Assembly: GCA_045863295.1 (NCBI GenBank)
Contig: BTWA01000009.1
Coordinates: 32,001 to 96,000 of the forward strand
Origin: Candidatus Hydrogenedentota bacterium
GTDB lineage: Bacteria; Hydrogenedentota; Hydrogenedentia; Hydrogenedentales; SLHB01
Length of the DNA: 64,000 bases
Direction of reading: 5' to 3'
Below are positions 28,785 to 37,919 of this stretch, piece after piece. Position 1 is the stretch's first letter. Each line of letters opens with the position of its first letter. Under the pieces are notes generated by a model. It was not told the origin of the DNA and did no database searches. It saw only the letters and a list, made by a program, of their open reading frames with translations. The translations under genes and the position numbers were made by a program.

Positions 28785-28994
28785 TGGGAGAAGATCTAAT
28801 TTCTATTTTGGGGTTCCCCCGTTTTTTACCGGTCACAATGAGGGATGTACGTGTGGGATTGGCGGTTGTGGGTGTGCGGCAGGTCTGCGAACGCGACAAG
28901 ATGTCGCGTCTACTTTCGCGCCATTGACGCCGTGGCCATGGGCACGTACACTGAATCCAGATCATCCGTGGAGGCAATTGCGGGGTACGTCCGA

Positions 28995-29156
28995 ATGCGC
29001 AAGAAACGAGTCTTGGCATATTTGTTCGCCGGTGCGACTGCTCTGGTCGCCGTGGCGGGGCTTGGAACAATGTACTTCGTGTCGACACACGACATTTATT
29101 TTCATGACACCTATTTCGAATTCAAGGTACCAGACTTCTTCCTCTCGAACCCGTAG
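28995..29156 (+). CDS. Small membrane-anchored hypothetical protein (53 aa)
   Basis: MRKKR followed by a hydrophobic helix and HDIYFHDTYF; start uncertain. Confidence 0.4.
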   Translation: MRKKRVLAYLFAGATALVAVAGLGTMYFVSTHDIYFHDTYFEFKVPDFFLSNP

Positions 29157-29267
29157 TCCTTCCCTTCGCTACCCAGAAGTCTTTTTTAAAGACGATCGTT
29201 CCGCGAAGATATTTGAAGTCTTAGACAACGGCCAAAGCTTGTTGTAAATTCGGATGTCGACTTCGGG

Positions 29268-29864
29268 CTATTGCAGCTGCTGCAGTATGTTTTCCAAGCC
29301 GATGTTTGCAAGGGCTGCGAGCGCGGCGATGTTTAAGATCACGGTCACCCAGAATGTGAGTTGAAAACTAAGTTTTCGATTCTTGTGGCGCAGCACACGC
29401 TGGGCGATGAGGGCGCCGGGCCAGCCGCCCAGGAGGGCCACAAGGTGCAGCGTACTCTCCGGGATGCGCCACAGACCGGATTGGGCCTTGGCCTTGTCAT
29501 CGCGATACAGGGTAAACGCCAGGGCACTCATGCCTCCGATGGCGAGCAGCGTCAACACCGGTAGACGCGCCTCGTCGATGGCGTACGCAAGGGCCGCAAG
29601 GCCCGCGGCAATAGCCACGGCCGCCACCCAACCGCCGACGCCTATGCGCGGCGAGCCGTGCGTACTGCAGACGGCGACGCCAACCGCCTTGTCGCCCCGA
29701 TCCGAGGCGACGACTTCGCATGTGACAGCAAGGCCCACAGCAGGACGGTTGCGTTTCGTCACCACGTCGCTGATATGAAAGAATACCTTGCGCGGATTGT
29801 CTGTTAAGGTGATGAAGCCGAATCCGCGTTGATCATTCCACTCTGTGATCGTGCCGTCGCGCAT
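29268..29864 (-). CDS. Cold-shock domain plus DUF1294 membrane protein
   Basis: GTITEWNDQRGFGFI and VFFHISD (CSD); DKAKAQSGLWRIPESTLH, GGWPGA and RHKNRK (DUF1294). Confidence 0.92.
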   Translation of the reverse strand: MRDGTITEWNDQRGFGFITLTDNPRKVFFHISDVVTKRNRPAVGLAVTCEVVASDRGDKAVGVAVCSTHGSPRIGVGGWVAAVAIAAGLAALAYAIDEARLPVLTLLAIGGMSALAFTLYRDDKAKAQSGLWRIPESTLHLVALLGGWPGALIAQRVLRHKNRKLSFQLTFWVTVILNIAALAALANIGLENILQQLQ

Positions 29865-30062
29865 GGCGCTCGCGTTATATACTCCAGTAGAAATTGACGA
29901 GGGTAATTATGCACAGGTGGATTTGCCGATTGCAACAGGCCGTGGCTTGGGCATTTTGCACAAGCTGGTAATGTGGTGTCGGTGTACGATACGTGTGATG
30001 CGTGGTGAAAGGGGGCGACATGCGTTTCTCTGAGCGGAAGGATGGCGTAGAACGTTTCTAAT

Positions 30063-30114
30063 CCTCGTTCCCAAGCTTCCACTTGGGAACGTGCTCCCGA
30101 AAAGCTCTGCTTTG
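30063..30114. repeat. REP repeat, left flank of the RAYT
   Basis: CCTCGTTCCCAAGCTTCCACTTGGGAACGTGCTCCCGAAAAGCTCTGCTTTG, with internal hairpin CGTTCCCAAG/CTTGGGAACG; inverted copy at 30702-30754. Confidence 0.85.
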
Positions 30115-30122
30115 ATTCCCAT

Positions 30123-30659
30123 TCACATGGGCAGTAGATCGATCTCCAGAACCGAATGATCGTCGAGATAATAGTTCCTTGCTGACGAATATCGCCAGTG
30201 CTCAGGAAGATCAACATATCCGCGGCGAACCGGGTTATTATGGATATACTCCAGCTTTTGATTGAGCATCTCGTCGTCAAGAATTCGCTGCGGATGAGAA
30301 CCCTCCTGCCAGACCTGATAGGTGCTGTCCGCTTTGTAGCGCTTCTTGTATGCGGTGAACTGTTTGAGCAATCCGGTCCTCCCATCGGTCTCGGCAAGAC
30401 GGATTATCTCACGGGCTGTGAACCCCTTGAATGCCTGAATCACCCTGCGCGGGTTTAGCGCAGCGACGATAAGGTGTACATGGTTTTCCATGATGACGTA
30501 TGCGTACACACGCAACGCTTTTTCGCGGCGGCAAAATTCGAGAGAATGAACAATAACATCGAAATAAGGGCGGGATTGAAAAACCGGTGTCCATTCAACA
30601 ATGGTGCAGGTGAGAAAGTATGCCGCGTCCTGCTCGTGAAATTTATATCGCGATCGCAT
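30123..30659 (-). mobile_element. REP-associated tyrosine transposase (RAYT, Y1 HUH family)
   Basis: YFLTCT, YAYVIMENHVHL (HUH), VWQEGSH, LEYIHNNPVRRG and WRYSSARNY; flanked by inverted REPs. Confidence 0.92.
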
Positions 30660-30701
30660 GAGATGAGAATAACGAATGCGGCAGTGGTTTTCATCTAAAC
30701 C

Positions 30702-30754
30702 CGAAGCAGAAGCTTCCCGGGAGGGCGTTCCCAAATGGAAATTTGGGAACGAGG
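30702..30754. repeat. REP repeat, right flank of the RAYT
   Basis: Reverse complement CCTCGTTCCCAAATTTCCATTTGGGAACGCCCTCCCGGGAAGCTTCTGCTTCG aligns with 30063-30114. Confidence 0.85.
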
Positions 30755-30835
30755 AAATACTCCTGAACAGTTGTCGATTCCGAGTGTGGAGTAATGTTTA
30801 AGGGTCAGGATCTTGTCACGGCTTCACTAAGCATT

Positions 30836-31786
30836 TTATCCGAATTTCCTGGTTATATAACTTTCCGGGTCCTGTTCAATCGTATCGTATTCAGAGGGGT
30901 GAAACTTCTTGGAATCAAAATCTATTCTTACAGCCTGGACGAATTTTTCGAAATCGGTATTCTGCTCACATAGCTTATTGACGGTTTCCCAGTCGAGCAT
31001 TGGCCGTACGCGTGCGGGGAACATCACAGTAGATGAGTCAAAGTCGGACAAATCAAGTTCGATGATTCCAATGCCAAAGGCAGAAGAGAGTCTTCCAAGC
31101 TCCGTCAGCAAGTCGTCATTCTTTGTTATAGCCGGCGACACCAAGTACCCTTCGTGTGCCCAAGAGGAGTTCGACACGGCTTGAAAAAAGGACTCGCGAT
31201 AGTTTCCTTTGTCGACGGTCTTTTTCAATTCAAACGAGAATAGCCGAACTGCGCTTTTATCGAGTAATTGGTTGAATGCGATCACCTCGTGTTTCCAATC
31301 GTCCAGAGGTAGATAGACTCCGACAATATCCGGATGAAGCCATTCGTTGTATCCGCCCCGCTTTGATTGCTCATGACGTATGGTTTTTGTGTAGATGCGT
31401 CGTCCTCTGGAAAATGTGGGATTCGCGTATACAAAATAAGTTAGCAGGGGATGCAAGTCTCTTTCGTGAAACTTGGTCGATTGGAAATGTTTTTCAGGTT
31501 CATCGGCTTCCAGGTCTGTCAGAACCGCTTCCGTAACATCGGCTTCCCGTTCTTTTAAAATGAACCGGCTTGGCCGCTTGCCAACAGATCTGAATCTGCT
31601 ATTTGGATTGTCTCGCACATCTACGTACAGTCTCGCACCTAATGTATTCCATGGGGTCTTCCCCCGGGTACGTAGCTTCTTGGAAAGCCCTCTAGCATCC
31701 GCTTGTTGCCAAATCTCTTGGAATGTCAACGGTTGAGGGGACTTGCATAACACCTCTTCTGCCAGATCGATAAAGGAATATGACAT
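30836..31786 (-). CDS. HARE-HTH plus restriction-endonuclease-like protein (HrgA/COG2958-like)
   Basis: N-terminal GKTPWNTLGARLYVD; FHERDLHPLL, EWLHPDIVG, SFELKK and FFQAVSNSSWAHEGYLV; lower GC than its flanks; GGAG SD. Confidence 0.85.
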   Translation of the reverse strand: MSYSFIDLAEEVLCKSPQPLTFQEIWQQADARGLSKKLRTRGKTPWNTLGARLYVDVRDNPNSRFRSVGKRPSRFILKEREADVTEAVLTDLEADEPEKHFQSTKFHERDLHPLLTYFVYANPTFSRGRRIYTKTIRHEQSKRGGYNEWLHPDIVGVYLPLDDWKHEVIAFNQLLDKSAVRLFSFELKKTVDKGNYRESFFQAVSNSSWAHEGYLVSPAITKNDDLLTELGRLSSAFGIGIIELDLSDFDSSTVMFPARVRPMLDWETVNKLCEQNTDFEKFVQAVRIDFDSKKFHPSEYDTIEQDPESYITRKFG

Positions 31787-31829
31787 GACCTCTCCAACTC
31801 AGGTTCGAAGTAAATAAGTTCCAAGAAGC

Positions 31830-34172
31830 CTACTTCACATTCAACTTCCTCAACTCCGCCATTAGATCTTTGCAGTTGGTGTAGCGATCTTCGCGTTTTT
31901 TGGCGATGCATTTCATGACGACGGTGTCGATGTCGGGGGTGACGATTGGGTTTTTTTCGCTGGGTTTGGGGGGGAGTTCTTTGAGTTGGCGTTCGAGGAC
32001 GTTGTTGCCGGAGATGGCGGTTTCGCCGGTGAGGCATTCCCAGAAGACGAGGCCGAGGGAGTAGATGTCGGAACGGGCATCGGCGTCTTTGCCGAGGACT
32101 TGTTCGGGGGCCATGAAACTGGGGGTGCCCATGATGACGCCTTGTTGGGTCATGCGGGAGTCTTCGGCTTTGGCGAGGCCGAAGTCGGTGAGTTTGACGA
32201 GTCCGCCTTTGGCGAGGAGGATGTTTTCGGGTTTGATGTCGCGGTGGACGATGCCGGCGTCGTGTATGGCGGCCAGGGCGTTGCAGGCCTGTCCGATGAT
32301 GTTGATGGCTTCGCGGGGGGGCAGGCCGGCCTTTCGCATGGACAGGTGTTTTTGCAGGTTGGGGCCTTCGATGAATTCCATGGCGATGTAGGCTTTGCCG
32401 ACGCTGGCGCTGATGTCGTAGATGGCGATGATGTTGGGGTGCGAAATCTTCGCGGCCGTGCGGGCTTCGCGGATGAATCGCTGGCGGAATTCATCGGAGT
32501 TGTCGACAAGATTGCCGATGAATTTTAACGCTACGGGCCGGTCGAGTTGGGTGTCGCGGGCCATGTAGACGACGCCCATGCCTCCGCGTCCGAGTTCCTT
32601 GTCGAGGACGTAGCGTCCGCCGAGGGAGGTCTGGACGGTGGTCATCAGTTGCGTGCCGGGATCGGCAGAGGCGGGTTGCGGGCCGCCGCCGGAAATGGAG
32701 CCGCTGGGTCCGGCGGTCATCTGACCGCTTAGCTGGGCCTGCATGGAGATGCGCGAGGCGACGCTGGAGAGACGTTGAGAGACATCGCGAAACGAGCGGT
32801 TGACGGCGCCGATCTTGAGCAGGATTTCCTTGGACTTATCGAGCTTGCCGAGCTGTTCGTAGGCGAGCGCGAGCATGTACCAGTATTCGATGTTGTTGGT
32901 TTCCACGCGTTTGTTCGTGAGGTGGTTTTCGAGCGTGGCGGCGCAATGTTCGTAGTCGTGCGTTTCCCAGAAGCAGCGGCCGAGCAGCGCGCGCGAAGTG
33001 TCGAAGGTGGAATCCGTTTCCGGGATTTTCTGGAGCACCTTGATGCCGGCTTCGTAGCGCGTGGCCTGGGCGTATGCGAGACCGGCGCGGGCAAAATCAC
33101 CAGCCTTTTCAAAACACTCGGCGGCGCGCAGCGGGTCGGCGGCTTTGGAGAAGCACTCGCCGGCCTTGAGGATGTCGCCGGATTGGACAAAGGCCATGGC
33201 GGCTTCTTTCCACTGGCTCTTCATTTCGTGGTAGCGGCCGACGATGCGGGAGGCTTCCTTGGTTTTTCCGGCGGCCTTCATGCATTCGGCGGCTTCTTCC
33301 AGTTTGCCTGCGAGCACGAACACTTCGCCTGCACGCACGAGATCGCCGGCTTCCTTGAAGAGCGCGGCGGCGAGATCGAACTTTTTCGATTTTTCGAAGC
33401 GTTGGGCAAGGTGTGGCTGCAATTGTTTGAGCACATCCGCGGGCACTTTTTCCTTGGCGGCGTCGTTGGCCAGCATGGCGAAGCATTCTTCGGCGGCAAC
33501 GACCTGTTCTTCCACGGCATCCGTCGGATTCGAGAAATAGTCGAGGTAGACTTCGGCGGCCTCGCGGTATTTGGCGGCCTTCCGGTAGGCGGATGCGGAG
33601 AGGGCCTTGCGTCCGGCTTGGGCGTAGGCCTTGGCGGATTCGAAATGCTTGCCGCATTCGCCAAAAAGACGGCCGGCGGTTTCAAAGTCGCCTTCCTTCA
33701 AAAGCAGTTTCGCGGCCTTGGCGGTATACCCGGCCAGGGCGAGTTCGCGGGCGGACTCACGCTTTTGTCCGGCTTTCTTGTACCACTTGGCGGCATCCTT
33801 GTGGCGGTTGACGGAGGCGTAGGCCTTTGCGACGCCGAGGTAGTTTCGTTCGCCTTTCAGGCGCTTTACCGTGCCTTCGAGGTTCTGCGCCGCCTCCAGG
33901 TTCTGAACGAAATCCTGGCCCGCGGGCGCGCCACCCCCCGACGCACCGAGTGCGCGAATGTCGCGGCCATCCGCGAGGCGATTGCGGTTCATCAGGTTCG
34001 AGACGATATCCCATACTTTCGATAAGACGCTTTTCAGGATGTACAGCAGAATCAGCGTCAGTACGAGTTTCGTGATGAAGACGACAATGTCGCTGGCCGG
34101 CAGGCCAAATCGCAGGAGGATATTGACCGGAATATTGAGGATGCCGTTCCAGTACCAAGTGATAAGGCCCAT
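31830..34172 (-). CDS. Hanks-type Ser/Thr kinase: N-terminal TM, TPR/SNAP-like solenoid, C-terminal kinase domain
   Basis: LGRGGMGVVY, VALK, HRDIKPEN, DFG, APE and DIYSLG motifs; repeated AA..Y/F.KAG helices. Confidence 0.92.
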   Translation of the reverse strand: MGLITWYWNGILNIPVNILLRFGLPASDIVVFITKLVLTLILLYILKSVLSKVWDIVSNLMNRNRLADGRDIRALGASGGGAPAGQDFVQNLEAAQNLEGTVKRLKGERNYLGVAKAYASVNRHKDAAKWYKKAGQKRESARELALAGYTAKAAKLLLKEGDFETAGRLFGECGKHFESAKAYAQAGRKALSASAYRKAAKYREAAEVYLDYFSNPTDAVEEQVVAAEECFAMLANDAAKEKVPADVLKQLQPHLAQRFEKSKKFDLAAALFKEAGDLVRAGEVFVLAGKLEEAAECMKAAGKTKEASRIVGRYHEMKSQWKEAAMAFVQSGDILKAGECFSKAADPLRAAECFEKAGDFARAGLAYAQATRYEAGIKVLQKIPETDSTFDTSRALLGRCFWETHDYEHCAATLENHLTNKRVETNNIEYWYMLALAYEQLGKLDKSKEILLKIGAVNRSFRDVSQRLSSVASRISMQAQLSGQMTAGPSGSISGGGPQPASADPGTQLMTTVQTSLGGRYVLDKELGRGGMGVVYMARDTQLDRPVALKFIGNLVDNSDEFRQRFIREARTAAKISHPNIIAIYDISASVGKAYIAMEFIEGPNLQKHLSMRKAGLPPREAINIIGQACNALAAIHDAGIVHRDIKPENILLAKGGLVKLTDFGLAKAEDSRMTQQGVIMGTPSFMAPEQVLGKDADARSDIYSLGLVFWECLTGETAISGNNVLERQLKELPPKPSEKNPIVTPDIDTVVMKCIAKKREDRYTNCKDLMAELRKLNVK

Positions 34173-34314
34173 GCGCGCGTCCCTTGTCCCCGAAGATTGT
34201 GCCCACAACGTTAGCCGTATAGTACGAAAAATCACGCGGGTCAACAAGGTGCGGACTTGGATGCGGCCAAGAGTACTTCGGGATCGGCAGGCGGTGCGGG
34301 ATATCGCACCCGTT

Positions 34315-36660
34315 TCAGGCCCGGTTTTTGGCGGCGCGGCTGGGCGTCAAGGTGAGTAGGACAAACCGGTCGTCCTGAAGAAGACGTTTTTCGACGGTTT
34401 CTGGCGAGAGTTGCATGGCGCGCTGGAGCGTGTCGCGCGATCGCTGGATTTCGCCCAATTGGGCGTATGCGGCAGCGCACTCGTAGTGGGAGTCCACGTC
34501 TTTTTGGTCCAGTGCGGACAGAATGGTATAGCCGCGGGCGAGGGTGGCGAATTCTCCGGCTTCCCAGAGCGCGGCGATGACCGCGCTGTCGTCCGCCGCC
34601 GGCGGGCTTTCCGTCTCATTCATGCGGGAGTCAATGACCTTCTGAAACGCCAATTCCAATTGGCGCGTATCGTCGTCCGCCTTCATGGCGGCAAGGAATT
34701 CGGCCGGGTCGTTTCCTTGAGGCAACCGCCGCAGGCATTGTTCGGCATATTTCAACGCGTCGTCCTGTTTGCCGAGGCGCGTGGATGCCAACGCCACCAG
34801 GCGCCAGGTATCCGGGCTATCCGGCTGCATGGATAACGCAATTCTCGCATACTCGACGGCCTTGGCGGGTTCGGCTTGGTGCCGGAACGCGCCGGAGAGG
34901 GGCTTCAAGACATCGCAGAGGGCGGCTGCCAGATCAGGGTCGCTGTTGGCAAGGCTATCCAAGTGCACCCGCTCAAGGTCACCCGCGAACGAGCGGGGTT
35001 CCGAGTCCGGCAGACGCGGGTACACGAGAATGCCTCCGCGAATCTGGGCGCGGCGCAGGAGCCAAGGGGAGGACACTCCTGCAAAGCAGACCGGTCGGTC
35101 TGGGAAGTGGGTGAGAATGACATCCCATAGTAGGGGGTCGGGTTCGTGTCCTGGGTCTGCGGGGGGCGGCGCCGGTTCCGGGGAGTCTTGTGCAAACCGG
35201 ACCGGAGTCAACGCAGGCCGGACTTCGGCGCCTTGTTCCTTTTGATATTGGGAGACGATGTCCAGCGGGGCGTTCATGGCCAGGAGCGACACGTCTTCGC
35301 GGATGCCGTGGCCGCGCTGGGCCGTCACCAGGAGGGAGCCCAGTCTTGGCGAGCCTACCACGAGGACGGCATTCTCGGGGCAGGAATCCAGAATTGAGCG
35401 GGCTATCGTGACGGGTGCAGGCCCTCGGCGAATAATGCCGTCCCTCCATTGAAAGAACAGGGTAGCTGTGCCCACGAGTAGCAAGAGCAACGGACCGATA
35501 GATCGATGCAGCCGTTGGGTATTCACTTTGGAGCATAGAAAACCCAGGGCGGCGGAGGCAGATACTGAGGTCATGGCCAGGAGTATCAGCGTGGGGGCGT
35601 TCGAGTCCGGTACGAACGGGGAGTGTACGGGATTCGTGAGAAATGGGTAGAGGGGTCCCATCATGAGGAAAATGCAGGCGGCCAAGAGCATTGCGGGACG
35701 CAGTGACCGAGAAGCCGCCGTTAGCAATCCCGCCGCTGTAAGTACCAATACCGGCAGGGACAATTCCCGGAGAAGCAGGGGGCCAAAGACCCAAGTGGGT
35801 TCCGCGCCCCAAAGCAATGGCGTGGGTCCCTGAGACCATTGCAGCACGGCAAGTTGCAGGGGAATGTTGTTGTAGGCCTGGATGAGCGGATAAACCGCGC
35901 ATCCCAGGAAGAATGCAACGGCCATGGTCACTGCAACCAGGAAGACACGGTTACTTGCGGAGGGCCGGGACAACGCGTAGACAATCGCCGGGACAAACAG
36001 CCATGCCGTTCCCGGGTGGTTCACCGCCGAAAGCCCGAGGAGTAAACCGGATACCGCCAACATGGGCAATCTCTGCGGATCACGAATGATGAACAAGATA
36101 GCCCAAGCCGCGGTTACCAGGAGCAATGTGAGGCTGTCGGGACCGGGCGCGGTCGCCGCGTATATCCAGGTCGGGCACAGCCCCGCCGCGAGACCGCCGA
36201 TGACCCCGGCGAACAGGGCCTCCCACCGGCGGGTCATTCGCGAAAGGAGGCCGGCGATACCGGCGGCCAGGAATCCCGCGGCGGCCGCTACAGCCAAGGC
36301 ATTCAGGAGATTCAACCGGGCCAGGTGCGCCGCCGAAGATGATTCAGGGCCGGTGGGCACGAATACGGCGGTTAGGACCCCCATCCCGGCCGGCGTCGAG
36401 CCGGTCAGCAGCGAGCCCATCCACTCAGAGGCCGAGACGTTATCGGGGACGCGCCCTTTGTATTCCGCGGCCAGAAGGCCCCATACGACAATTCCCGCAA
36501 CAGCCGCTGCCCTGAGGGATGGGTGCCTTGGTGCATTTTCAGGGCTTTTAGCAGACGAGTCCGTCGCCCAGCCTTCGATTTCCTCGATAGGGTTGGGTTC
36601 GTAGGCGGGCTCCGCCATTTCGGCAGCTGCCGTGGGGATATCAGCTTGATTGTTTTGCAC
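34315..36660 (-). CDS. DUF2723/TMEM260-like GT-C membrane protein with C-terminal TPRs (divergent)
   Basis: RLNLLNAL, GLLLGLSAVNH and ILDSCPENAVLVV segments; many TMs; TPR-like tail. Start uncertain (36660 or 36618). Confidence 0.6.
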   Translation of the reverse strand: MQNNQADIPTAAAEMAEPAYEPNPIEEIEGWATDSSAKSPENAPRHPSLRAAAVAGIVVWGLLAAEYKGRVPDNVSASEWMGSLLTGSTPAGMGVLTAVFVPTGPESSSAAHLARLNLLNALAVAAAAGFLAAGIAGLLSRMTRRWEALFAGVIGGLAAGLCPTWIYAATAPGPDSLTLLLVTAAWAILFIIRDPQRLPMLAVSGLLLGLSAVNHPGTAWLFVPAIVYALSRPSASNRVFLVAVTMAVAFFLGCAVYPLIQAYNNIPLQLAVLQWSQGPTPLLWGAEPTWVFGPLLLRELSLPVLVLTAAGLLTAASRSLRPAMLLAACIFLMMGPLYPFLTNPVHSPFVPDSNAPTLILLAMTSVSASAALGFLCSKVNTQRLHRSIGPLLLLLVGTATLFFQWRDGIIRRGPAPVTIARSILDSCPENAVLVVGSPRLGSLLVTAQRGHGIREDVSLLAMNAPLDIVSQYQKEQGAEVRPALTPVRFAQDSPEPAPPPADPGHEPDPLLWDVILTHFPDRPVCFAGVSSPWLLRRAQIRGGILVYPRLPDSEPRSFAGDLERVHLDSLANSDPDLAAALCDVLKPLSGAFRHQAEPAKAVEYARIALSMQPDSPDTWRLVALASTRLGKQDDALKYAEQCLRRLPQGNDPAEFLAAMKADDDTRQLELAFQKVIDSRMNETESPPAADDSAVIAALWEAGEFATLARGYTILSALDQKDVDSHYECAAAYAQLGEIQRSRDTLQRAMQLSPETVEKRLLQDDRFVLLTLTPSRAAKNRA

Positions 36661-37133
36661 GACGCTTTGACCCGGACTGACGCCTAGGATTTACTATAGC
36701 ATACAAGGGGTTAGTGTTGACTATTTGATTGACATAAGTTGAAGCGTCCTGGGGAATTCTCTATAACCGTTGTCAGCGCCCTGTGTTCGGGGGATGCGAC
36801 CGACGACCACCGCCATATTGTAATTGAGAGGTGGTTCAGAGTATTGTGTCTCGCCCCCGCACTGGGAGTGGTTTGTGCGGGTGGGCACTGTTGACGGGCA
36901 TTGCATTTTCCGCCCGTTGAGGGTGAGTATAGTGCGACGGAAGCGGCGTTTGCCCGCGGGCGTGTTGCAACGCCTGGGCCACATCCGTAATGAGTGCGTG
37001 GGGAAGTCTCACCGGATGCGACGAAGTGCCTTTGAGCATGGGTCGTTCGCGTACAGTTGCCTGGCGATCGTACATGTTGGAGTACGGCGGGGTGGGTCTG
37101 GGGTAATCACAACCACCGAAAGGTACTAATGGC

Positions 37134-37859
37134 TTGCGCTACGCACTGATCTCCGATATTCACGCCAACCTCGATGCACTCAATGCGGTGTTGGCCCGTA
37201 TCGAAACGATTGGGGTGGACCAGATAGTCTGCCTGGGGGACGCGGTTGGATACAACGCGAATCCCGATGAGTGCATTAATATCCTCCGAGAGCGCAATAT
37301 CCCTACCATTTGCGGCAATCATGACGCCGTGGCGTGTGGCTTGGAAGAGCCTTACGGTTTCAACCCCGTTGCTTTTTCGGCGGTCATGTGGACGCGGGAG
37401 CATATCAGCCCGGATAACCTGAAGTGGTTGCACGATTTGCCCGTGAATCTGACGTTTGACCATTTTCTGGCGGCGCACGGTTCGCCCACGGATCGGGACT
37501 GTTACATGTTTACGTGGGAGGACATTTTGCCGCACATGACCTATCTGGAAGAGCGGAATCTTCAGGTATGTTTTTTCGGACATACGCATAGTCCTGGTAT
37601 CTTTTCGTCGGACGGGACGTACACCGTTGACGATGACTCCCGATTCGCCCTGGGCGATGGGAAACTCTTTTTCATCAATCCGGGTTCGGTAGGCCAGCCT
37701 CGCGACGGCGATTCTCGCGCGTCATTCGGCTTGTTTGACTCGGAGAGCAAGGTGTTCGAGTTGGTTCGTCAGGAATACGACATTGATCAGGCCGCGCAGC
37801 GGATAGTGGACGCGGAGTTGCCACCGTTTCTGGCGGAACGGTTGTACCTCGGGCGGTAA
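37134..37859 (+). CDS. Calcineurin-like metallophosphoesterase
   Basis: SDIHAN, LGDAVG, GNHD, HGSP, FGHTH and NPGSVGQPRDGD motifs; TTG start. Confidence 0.92.
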   Translation: MRYALISDIHANLDALNAVLARIETIGVDQIVCLGDAVGYNANPDECINILRERNIPTICGNHDAVACGLEEPYGFNPVAFSAVMWTREHISPDNLKWLHDLPVNLTFDHFLAAHGSPTDRDCYMFTWEDILPHMTYLEERNLQVCFFGHTHSPGIFSSDGTYTVDDDSRFALGDGKLFFINPGSVGQPRDGDSRASFGLFDSESKVFELVRQEYDIDQAAQRIVDAELPPFLAERLYLGR

Positions 37860-37919
37860 TCGCCCGCATTGGACCGTGGCCCCAGGATTTTGGCGGGCGC
37901 GCGGTTTGGAAACGGAGTC

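Noticed and set aside
32775..34025. 416-aa plus-strand ORF
   Set aside because: Antisense shadow of the kinase, favoured by its biased codon usage.
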